DNA of 48,232 bases, from contig JAYEJU010000012.1 in NCBI GenBank assembly GCA_034660655.1, forward strand, positions 1 to 48,232, read 5' to 3'. This stretch comes from Patescibacteria group bacterium (GTDB taxonomy: Bacteria > Patescibacteriota > Patescibacteriia > JAACEG01). Shown here in pieces: positions 38,701-45,658 of the stretch. The first letter of the stretch is position 1; each line of letters opens with the position of its first letter. The notes under the pieces were generated by a model. The model did not search any database and was not told the DNA's origin. It worked only from the letters and a program-made list of their open reading frames with translations. The position numbers and the translations under genes are program-made.

Positions 38701-39900
38701 ATGTTAAAATTTTATCTTAAAAAATTGAAAAATAATTTAACTGTATTTATTATTAAAACACAAAAATTATCATCTCTTGATATTACTTTGTATATTAAGA
38801 CTGGTTCAGTTTATGAAGATAAAAAAAATAATGGAATTTCCCATTTACTTGAACATTTGCTCTTTCTAAAAACTAAACAACTTGAATTACATCCCATTGT
38901 CCTTGATATATATCCATATACTAGAAAGGATTTTACTTATTTTGAAATTACTACTTATAAAGATTTAATAAATGATGCTCTGTCATCTCTATTTTCAGTA
39001 ATTGCATTTCCTGATTTTACAGAAAATAATCTTAAAATTATTAAAAAAATTACCACAGAAGAAATAATGGAATTTTATGATAATCCTTGTGATGTTTTAA
39101 ATCAAAAAATAGATCAATTTTTATATCAAAAGAACAGCTTGGCGCTTAATGTGGCAAGTAGCGAAGAAAATCTAAAAAATATTACCATAGCAAATTTAAA
39201 AGAATGGTATAAAAATTTTTATGTTCCAAGCAATATGATTTTAACCTTAGTTGGTGATATAAATATCAGCAAAACAATAAAACAAATTAATAATATTTTC
39301 CATTTTAATAATTTATCTGATAGAACAAGTAAAAATAAAAAAATTGGCAAGATTGTTTATCCCAAGACTATATCAAAGCCAATCAAATTAAAAAGTAGTA
39401 ATAATTTTAAACAAACATATTTAACTTTTGTCTTCCCAGTGTCCAGCATTAATAATTCAAAATATACTCATTTTATTTTGTTAGCAGAAATTTTAAATAA
39501 AAAAATAAGGCAAAAAATGGAAAATAGCGGCCTCTTTTATGATATTCAGTTTTGTTACCATCACTATTTAAATGTAGGAGAATTTAGGATAATAACTGCT
39601 TGTAAAAAAAATAATACGGATAAAATAATAAAAAAAATTTATAATTTTATTAATGCTATTAAAATATCGGATTCATTTTTTAATGAAACAAAAAAATATA
39701 TTAAATATCAATTTTTATTAAAAGAGGATAATGTAGACGAATTGTCATCTTTGTCTTTGTATTTATTAAATAACAATTCTAAATTAACTACTCTTAAAGA
39801 TGAAATAGATAAAATTGACAGTATAAAATTTGATGAAATAATCACTATTAAGAAAAAATATTTTAATAAGAAAAACAGTTATCATTTTCTAATGAATTAA
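38701..39900 (+). CDS. M16 (pitrilysin/insulinase) family zinc peptidase
   Basis: GSVYEDKKNNGISHLLEHLLFLKT contains the inverted zinc motif HxxEH. The 399-aa length is compatible with M16 N- plus C-domains. The gene is extremely AT-rich. Confidence 0.8.
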   Translation: MLKFYLKKLKNNLTVFIIKTQKLSSLDITLYIKTGSVYEDKKNNGISHLLEHLLFLKTKQLELHPIVLDIYPYTRKDFTYFEITTYKDLINDALSSLFSVIAFPDFTENNLKIIKKITTEEIMEFYDNPCDVLNQKIDQFLYQKNSLALNVASSEENLKNITIANLKEWYKNFYVPSNMILTLVGDINISKTIKQINNIFHFNNLSDRTSKNKKIGKIVYPKTISKPIKLKSSNNFKQTYLTFVFPVSSINNSKYTHFILLAEILNKKIRQKMENSGLFYDIQFCYHHYLNVGEFRIITACKKNNTDKIIKKIYNFINAIKISDSFFNETKKYIKYQFLLKEDNVDELSSLSLYLLNNNSKLTTLKDEIDKIDSIKFDEIITIKKKYFNKKNSYHFLMN

Positions 39901-39906
39901 AAAAAT

Positions 39907-40190
39907 TAAAAATAAAAAATAGCCATAAATAATGTTTTGATTCCCGCCAATTCGGCGGGCAGGCGCAAAACAAAAATTTTTAATTACATCCGATAACAGC
40001 GTGTATGAGGCTACGGCTTCTATACAAGTTTCCACCCATATTTGCCATATTTTGCTCCGCTACCTGCCTGCCGGCAGGCAGGCGCTCCGCAAAACATCAG
40101 ATATACGCAAACGTTATCGGAAATAATTAAAAATTTTTTATCAGCTTAGCGGATAATTATTTGGGGCTATTTTTTATTTTTTCATCGCAA
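39907..40190 (+). repeat. Long palindromic repeat, copy B (complete; GC core 40062-40081)
   Basis: The left end aaaataaaaaatagccataaataat is the inverted repeat of the right end ataattatttggggctattttttatttt. The internal arms aaaaatttttaattacatccgataac/gttatcggaaataattaaaaattttt pair. The left half matches copy C and the right half matches copy A. Confidence 0.8.
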
Positions 40191-40197
40191 CAAAATC

Positions 40198-40225
40198 CTT
40201 GACAAAATGGGGAATAGTGATAAGG
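40198..40225 (+). promoter_or_regulatory. Candidate promoter for the rSAM operon
   Basis: TTGACA-16 nt-TAAGGT with a TGA extended -10, 43 nt upstream of the ATG at 40268. Confidence 0.6.
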
Positions 40226-40267
40226 TACTGTCAGTTCTTTAACATCAAAAACAAGGAGGATAGAAAC

Positions 40268-41683
40268 ATGGAAAAACAAAAGTATCAGTTATCCCCAAAT
40301 ATCCGCATTATATCTGATTCTGAATCAGATATGGCGATGGTTTATCACGCCCTATATGGTAATCCTCGAATTATCAATGACGAGGGTTTGCGATTTTTGA
40401 ATCTTTTCAAACGACCAAGCAGCGCAGAAGAAATCTCTGAAATTTGCGACGACAATCCAAAGGGTACAATTCAAGAGTTCGCCGAGATTTTCTTTCTTGT
40501 CGAACCCGGCTTTGACGAGAAAAAATTCCTACGAGAGAAGAAAGAACAACAACTCATCGAAGTACAGAAGCAAAGGACGGTTGACCGAATGGGCCTCGCA
40601 ATCAGCGATTCGTGCAACTTTGGATGTACACACTGCATTCATTTCCAGCCTGCGACCAATCTTGATCAAGTGCTGCCTATATATCAACGAGCGGCTCCGC
40701 AACTCAATATGACTTGGGAAATCGCAAAGCGATGCGTAGATCAGTATGTTGCATTAATGAGAGAGCAAGAAAAGACTCACGGAAAGATACATTTTGGAAA
40801 CGCAGAACCGTTAGTCAATTGGCCTGTTATTGAGCAAGTGCTTGAATACTGCGATAAGATGAGCGATTTCTCATTTGAATTTGCCATCAATACAAATCTG
40901 GTACTCATGACAAAGCAGATCGCCGAGACATTCAAACGATATCAAGTCCGTATCGCAACGTCACTTGACGGAACTCAAATAGCTAACGATGCTATTCGCA
41001 TTACAAAAGGTGGGCGGGGAACATTTACCCGCATCCTTGAGAAGTTCGATCTCCTATCAGAGATCGGTTATTCGCTTGATGGATTCAGTATCACTGTTAC
41101 AAGAGGCAACTTCGAACTCATTGACACAGATATTTTAGACTTGGCCATTGAAAGAAGAATGTCTTCAATCGCTTTCGATTATGACCTTGTTGGTCTGATT
41201 CACATTTCTGCTGAGGAACGAATTGCAAAACTCATGCGACTCAAAAAGTACGCCAATGAACACGGCATTGACTTCTTTGGAACATGGGATTCTCCGTTTC
41301 GTAATCTGACCTCAGAAAGTCTATTGTCTGGAGATCACGCGTTTTGTGCCGCCGTTCAAGGCAAATCCATTGAGTTTAATGTGAATGGCAGTATCAAGAT
41401 CTGTAGTCACACCACCACGACGATCGGGCATCTCGACAGCTTCGATGAGATGTTCGGAAAAAATGGTGGTTTAACACAGATTGTTGCCAATCGTTTTCCG
41501 GGGACAGATGAATACTGTTCCGGGTGCGAGATTGAAGGTCCGTGCGGTGGACAATGCCATGTCACCAGAGAGGTTGTTTCTCGTTCAATGGGTGGGGAAC
41601 AACAAGAAATTTTTACAGATATGTGTAATTTCTATCGCGGAATCACAAAAGCGCTTGCGATAGAGTATATCCGGTCAAGCTGA
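40268..41683 (+). CDS. Radical SAM / SPASM-domain peptide-modifying enzyme with N-terminal RRE-like (PqqD-like) region
   Basis: Start at ATG 40268, with GGAGG 9 nt upstream. CNFGCTHC (CxxxCxxC). SPASM signature C..(x)..NGSIKIC then CSGCEIEGPCGGQC (CX2CX5CX3C). N-terminal LRFLNLFKRPSSAEEISEICDD..IQEFAEIFFLVEPG. GC content is visibly higher than in neighbouring genes. Confidence 0.85.
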   Translation: MEKQKYQLSPNIRIISDSESDMAMVYHALYGNPRIINDEGLRFLNLFKRPSSAEEISEICDDNPKGTIQEFAEIFFLVEPGFDEKKFLREKKEQQLIEVQKQRTVDRMGLAISDSCNFGCTHCIHFQPATNLDQVLPIYQRAAPQLNMTWEIAKRCVDQYVALMREQEKTHGKIHFGNAEPLVNWPVIEQVLEYCDKMSDFSFEFAINTNLVLMTKQIAETFKRYQVRIATSLDGTQIANDAIRITKGGRGTFTRILEKFDLLSEIGYSLDGFSITVTRGNFELIDTDILDLAIERRMSSIAFDYDLVGLIHISAEERIAKLMRLKKYANEHGIDFFGTWDSPFRNLTSESLLSGDHAFCAAVQGKSIEFNVNGSIKICSHTTTTIGHLDSFDEMFGKNGGLTQIVANRFPGTDEYCSGCEIEGPCGGQCHVTREVVSRSMGGEQQEIFTDMCNFYRGITKALAIEYIRSS

Positions 41684-41737
41684 ACCGCGGCGGTCGGCAA
41701 CCGTCAAACCTGCATCTTATGAAAGGAGGTGAGCCAG

Positions 41738-41833
41738 ATGAGAAAGATCAAGATCAAAAAGATCAAGATTGCCAAGGTCGTCCCACTGCCTTCGGGGATG
41801 TCTTTCCCCGGCAAACGAACCAGTTGCAAGTAA
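41738..41833 (+). CDS. 31-aa candidate precursor peptide (unannotated small ORF)
   Basis: MRKIKIKKIKIAKVVPLPSGMSFPGKRTSCK. GGAGG lies 8 nt upstream of the ATG. It starts 54 nt after the rSAM stop on the same strand and is followed at once by a terminator. Confidence 0.6.
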   Translation: MRKIKIKKIKIAKVVPLPSGMSFPGKRTSCK

Positions 41834-41842
41834 TTGCAGCCC

Positions 41843-41882
41843 GTGGGGTTAAGTACGTAAGTGTTTAACCCCACTTTTTTTT
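41843..41882. terminator. Intrinsic terminator (bidirectional; overlaps the 3' end of the convergent kinase gene)
   Basis: Perfect 10-bp stem gtggggttaa/ttaaccccac followed by tttttttt. Confidence 0.8.
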
Positions 41883-42797
41883 GTCCCACTGCACCACAAG
41901 TTCATAAATATTTTTTTGAGGATTATTTGAGCTCACTGCCCAATGAAGCGCGTTAAGATAAAAAATGGCATAAACAAACTGATATTTTTTCTGAAATAAT
42001 TTTTTATCTTCTACAAGAGTGGATTCCCAAATCGCCGCAATGAGTTTATCCATATAATCAGCTTCAAATGTTTCATCAACGCCCTGCTCTTGATATGCTT
42101 TAGCGCACTCTTGATAATAAAAGAGGCGAGAGAGATCATAGTTGGGATCGCCAAATAACGCTAATTCCCAATCAAGTACCCCCGTTAAATTTTTACCATC
42201 AGTAAGTAAATTATGAATAATAAGATCGCCATGAACTAAGGTAAACTTTATTTTAGTAGTAAATAGATTTTTAATTTCGGGGTTATTAATTATTAAAAAT
42301 AAATCCCGCAATAATTTATTAGCTTGCTCAAATTTTTTAATATCAATACTTTTCTGCTTTACTCCATCTGTAAGGTAGTCCAAAAACCTTTTATATTTTT
42401 TACCTGTTTTTACCGAATAAATATTATCTTTTATTATGATTCTCTGATACTGAAGAAATTCAACGACTTGTTTGATAATATCACTTTTACTGCTTGACGA
42501 AAGATTTTTCCAAGTTAAATCCATTGTCTGTCCGGGAAGGCGATTCTCAACCATAAAAAATAATTCATCAATTTTTCCATACCATAAAACTTTTGGTATT
42601 AATTGATAATTAAGACGCTTTAAAAAATTTGCCTCTCTTAGTAAAAGTTTAGGGTTATCGTCCCTAAAACGTATAACATAGTTATCCGAGAGAAAAACTT
42701 TGTAGTTAGTGCCACTTGGCGCAACCGTAAAATTTTCCCCTACGGGGATGGCAAATTGTCTCTTAATTTTTTTAATTCGTAAAAGATAATTTTTCAT
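41865..42797 (-). CDS. APH/choline-kinase-fold phosphotransferase
   Basis: Catalytic loop LVHGDLIIHNLL and metal-binding VLDWELALFGDPNYDL. Confidence 0.8.
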   Translation of the reverse strand: MKNYLLRIKKIKRQFAIPVGENFTVAPSGTNYKVFLSDNYVIRFRDDNPKLLLREANFLKRLNYQLIPKVLWYGKIDELFFMVENRLPGQTMDLTWKNLSSSSKSDIIKQVVEFLQYQRIIIKDNIYSVKTGKKYKRFLDYLTDGVKQKSIDIKKFEQANKLLRDLFLIINNPEIKNLFTTKIKFTLVHGDLIIHNLLTDGKNLTGVLDWELALFGDPNYDLSRLFYYQECAKAYQEQGVDETFEADYMDKLIAAIWESTLVEDKKLFQKKYQFVYAIFYLNALHWAVSSNNPQKNIYELVVQWDKKKWG

Positions 42798-42903
42798 AGT
42801 ATAATTTTATCAAAAATAATAATATTTGTCATTTTTTAAAAATTTTAAAGATTGAATTTTAACTTATTTTAATTTATAATATCAGTATATGGTACGATTT
42901 CAA

Positions 42904-43110
42904 AAAAATAAAAAATAGCCCTAAATAATATTTTGATTCCCGCCAATTCGGCGGGCAGGCGCAAAACAAAAATTTTTAATTACATCCGATAACGGCGTGT
43001 ATGAGGCTACGGCTTTTTACAAAAGCCTCTACCCATATTTGCCTCAGCTACCTGCCTGCCGGCAGGCAGGCGCTACGGCAAACATCAGATATGCCGAAAC
43101 GTTATACGCA
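42904..43110 (+). repeat. Long palindromic repeat, copy C (GC core 43051-43070; divergent right arm)
   Basis: 42904-43100 aligns with 39907-40110 (aaaataaaaaatagcc.taaataat.ttttgattcccgccaattcggcgggcaggcgcaaaacaaaaatttttaattacatccgataac.gcgtgtatgaggctacggc...). The 20-bp core is identical. Confidence 0.8.
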
Positions 43111-43189
43111 ATTTAAAAAATATTTTTGCTATATTAAAAATAAAAAAGCCATAATTTAATATTATGGTTTTTATATAACAATTAAATTG

Positions 43190-43261
43190 TACCGCTAACG
43201 GGAATCGAACCCGTGTTTCCGCCGTGAGAGGGCGATGTCCTAACCCCTAGACGATAGCGGC
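43190..43261 (-). tRNA. tRNA-Glu (CTC)
   Basis: Reverse complement GCCGCTATCGTCTAGGGGTTAGGACATCGCCCTCTCACGGCGGAAACACGGGTTCGATTCCCGTTAGCGGTA; anticodon loop CTCTCAC. Confidence 0.9.
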
Positions 43262-43281
43262 TATATTACTCAACAAACCTA

Positions 43282-43980
43282 CTACTTTTTTGCGTCGCCG
43301 CCAAATCTTCTATCGCGATTGTTAAACCAGTCAATTGCTTCATCTAAGTCGCTTTCGGAAAAGTCAGGCCAGCAAACAGATGGAAAATATAACTCGCTAT
43401 ATGATGACTGCCAAAGAAGAAAGCCAGAAAGCCGCTGTTCTCCGGATGTTCTGATAATTAAATCAGTGTCAGGCAATCCAGCAGTATAAAGATTATCATT
43501 AACTATTTTTTCTGTTATTTTGTCAGCGGGTATTTTTTCTTGTATAATTTTTTTTATGGCATTAACAATTTCTACTCTTCCTCCATAACTAATAGCAATA
43601 TTTAAAAGTCCTTTTTTGCAATTTTTAGTTGCTTGTTCCATTTTTTGAATGCTTTTTTGCATATCAGACGACAGATCAGAAATTCTCCCAATAACACGCA
43701 CTTGAATATTTTGTTTTTTAAAATATTCTATCTCGTTTATCATCGCGTTTTTTAACAATTTCATTAAATAACCGACTTCTTTTTTTGATCTGTTCCAATT
43801 TTCAGTTGAAAAAGCGTAAATAGTTAAAATTTTTATTCCTTTTTTTAAGCATAACTCTCCAACCTCTTTGATTTTGTCATATCCTTTGCTGTGGCCTTTT
43901 AAAGTCGGCAGGCCTTTGTTTCGCGCCCATCTTCTGTTCCCATCCATTATAATTCCTAAATGGTTTATATTTCTAGGCAT
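43282..43980 (-). CDS. uppS: Undecaprenyl-diphosphate synthase (cis-prenyltransferase)
   Basis: HLGIIMDGNRRWA and IRTSGEQRLSGFLLWQSSYSELYF. Confidence 0.95.
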   Translation of the reverse strand: MPRNINHLGIIMDGNRRWARNKGLPTLKGHSKGYDKIKEVGELCLKKGIKILTIYAFSTENWNRSKKEVGYLMKLLKNAMINEIEYFKKQNIQVRVIGRISDLSSDMQKSIQKMEQATKNCKKGLLNIAISYGGRVEIVNAIKKIIQEKIPADKITEKIVNDNLYTAGLPDTDLIIRTSGEQRLSGFLLWQSSYSELYFPSVCWPDFSESDLDEAIDWFNNRDRRFGGDAKK

Positions 43981-43984
43981 AGAT

Positions 43985-44140
43985 TTATTTTGTTTCTTTA
44001 TGAAGAGTATGAGCTTTGCAAAATTTGCAATATTTTTTTAGTTCTAAACGGTTTTTTATTGTTTTTTTATTTTTTTGAGAATAATAATTTATTCTGTGGC
44101 ATTTAGAACATTCTAATTTTATTAGGTTATCTTGCGACAT
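43985..44140 (-). CDS. rpmG: 50S ribosomal protein L33 (below the ORF-track cut-off)
   Basis: [51 protein letters not shown]: CxxC...CxxC zinc-ribbon L33 pattern. Confidence 0.9.
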   Translation of the reverse strand: MSQDNLIKLECSKCHRINYYSQKNKKTIKNRLELKKYCKFCKAHTLHKETK

Positions 44141-44209
44141 AATTTAAATTTTAGCTTTTTAGCTTTTAGCTTATAGATTGAATTATAAACTAAAAATAAT
44201 TAAATTTTT

Positions 44210-44286
44210 TGGAGCCAGCGAAGGGATTCGAACCCGTGACCTACTGTTTACAAAACAGTTGCTCTAACCAACTGAGCTACGCTGGC
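44210..44286 (-). tRNA. tRNA-Thr (TGT), CCA encoded
   Basis: Reverse complement GCCAGCGTAGCTCAGTTGGTTAGAGCAACTGTTTTGTAAACAGTAGGTCACGGGTTCGAATCCCTTCGCTGGCTCCA; anticodon loop TTTGTAA. There is one mismatch in the T-stem. Confidence 0.88.
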
Positions 44287-44296
44287 AAATCTATTG

Positions 44297-44368
44297 AGCC
44301 GTTGCGCGGGCTTGAACCGCGGACCTCTTCCTTACCATGGAAGCGCTCTACCGCTGAGCTACAACGGC
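44297..44368 (-). tRNA. tRNA-Thr (GGT)
   Basis: Reverse complement GCCGTTGTAGCTCAGCGGTAGAGCGCTTCCATGGTAAGGAAGAGGTCCGCGGTTCAAGCCCGCGCAACGGCT; anticodon loop ATGGTAA. Confidence 0.9.
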
Positions 44369-44475
44369 AAAAAAACAAATTAAAATGTGAAATGTTTTGC
44401 TAAGTTGTTGACTATCCTAATAAATATACTAGCTTGTCCCGCCGTATGGCGGTAAGCTACAACGGCAAATTAAAG

Positions 44476-44937
44476 TTATATTATTTTTTTTTCTATATCT
44501 TTATAGATACTGCCGAGCACTCCATTAACAAATTTTCCAGAAGAAGTTCCGCCAAAAGTTTTTGCTAATTCTATTGCTTCGTTAATTGCGACTTTTGCGG
44601 GAATATTTTTATCATAACATAATTCATAAACTCCGATACGCAAAATATTTCTGTCTATGTTGGTAATTTGGTTAATAGGCCATTCAGGTGCGTATTTAGT
44701 TATTGTTTTATCAATTTTAACCAAATTTTCAATAACACCATCTATAATATTGGTAATAAAGTCTTTTTCATTTATTCCGGGAGCAAATCCTTTTATATTT
44801 TTATCAGCTTCTTCTTTTACATTTTTAATAACAGCATCATCTTTGAGTCGATTATAGTCAGAATGAAAAGCATTGCGGAAATCTATTTGATACAGAGTCT
44901 GCATTGCTACTGTTCTTCCAAGGTGGCGATTAGACAT
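44476..44937 (-). CDS. nusB: Transcription antitermination factor NusB
   Basis: [14 protein letters not shown]..., [26 protein letters not shown]. Confidence 0.9.
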   Translation of the reverse strand: MSNRHLGRTVAMQTLYQIDFRNAFHSDYNRLKDDAVIKNVKEEADKNIKGFAPGINEKDFITNIIDGVIENLVKIDKTITKYAPEWPINQITNIDRNILRIGVYELCYDKNIPAKVAINEAIELAKTFGGTSSGKFVNGVLGSIYKDIEKKII

Positions 44938-45006
44938 ATTATTAGCTTTTAGCTTTTAGCTTTTATACAAAGACAAAAAACTAAGAAATTAAAAAATTAA
45001 AAAATT

Positions 45007-45228
45007 TTATTTTTTTTCTTTATCTTTTTTTTCGTCTTTTTTCTTTTTTGAAACAGCGATTTTTAAAACCTGCTTGCCTTTGTATGTTCCGCAATTTTTA
45101 CAAACAGTATGAGATAATATTGGTTGCTTGCATTTTGGGCATTTAGAAAGGCTTATTTTTTTTAATGCGTTATGCGACTGCCTTTTTTTGATTGATGATT
45201 TTGTGCGGCGTTTTTTTGGTACTGACAT
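45007..45228 (-). CDS. rpmF: 50S ribosomal protein L32 (with Lys-rich C-terminal tail)
   Basis: MSVPKKRRTKSSIKKRQSH, CPKCKQPILSHTVCKNCGTYKGKQV. Confidence 0.9.
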   Translation of the reverse strand: MSVPKKRRTKSSIKKRQSHNALKKISLSKCPKCKQPILSHTVCKNCGTYKGKQVLKIAVSKKKKDEKKDKEKK

Positions 45229-45658
45229 AGAATATTAATTATCCCAGCCAGAGGCTGGTCAGCCTTCGGCTGAAATTTACAATTTTTAATTATAAACTGA
45301 ATTTATTTTTTTAAATTAAACTTGATAAGTATTTTAACATAAAGAATAAAGAAATCAAGGGAATAAGGTTTATATTCAATTTAGTTGTAAATTCCGATAA
45401 TATTATATAGAATTGATTTTATAAATACTTTTTTAAAAGCACCAAATCCAAAATTACAAATAACAAACAAATTACAATAACCAAAATTACAAATTCAAAA
45501 CTTTTCAATTATATTGTTTTGAATTTTGAATTTTGAACATTGGTGCTTATTTGGAATTTATGATTTTGAATTTTGAATTTTCTAAATAAAATCCTATTCA
45601 ATTTTATTATCTAATTTTATTTTTTGAAATGATTAAATTGCGTATAGCCTGAAAATAA

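Noticed and set aside
39907-40190. The long palindromic repeats interpreted as retron msr/msd, a group II intron, integron attC sites or 6S RNA.
   Set aside because: There is no reverse transcriptase or intron ORF in the window. The tyrosine recombinase is 30 kb away and the cassettes carry their own promoters, unlike attC arrays. Three copies argue against a single housekeeping ncRNA. The family is left unassigned.
40268-41833. Assignment of the rSAM/peptide pair to PQQ, mycofactocin, SCIFF or sactipeptide pathways.
   Set aside because: The peptide lacks the Glu-x3-Tyr, C-terminal GVY and multi-Cys signatures. No pqqB/C or mftB/D/E/F-type genes are present. Only the generic rSAM-SPASM plus M16 theme is shared.
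41704-41889. 61-aa ORF on the minus strand.
   Set aside because: It starts inside the 3' end of the kinase gene and runs antisense through the 31-aa ORF and the terminator. It has no ribosome-binding site.
44209-44403. 64-aa ORF on the plus strand.
   Set aside because: It is antisense to the two tRNA-Thr genes and is an artefact of the GC-rich tRNA sequence.
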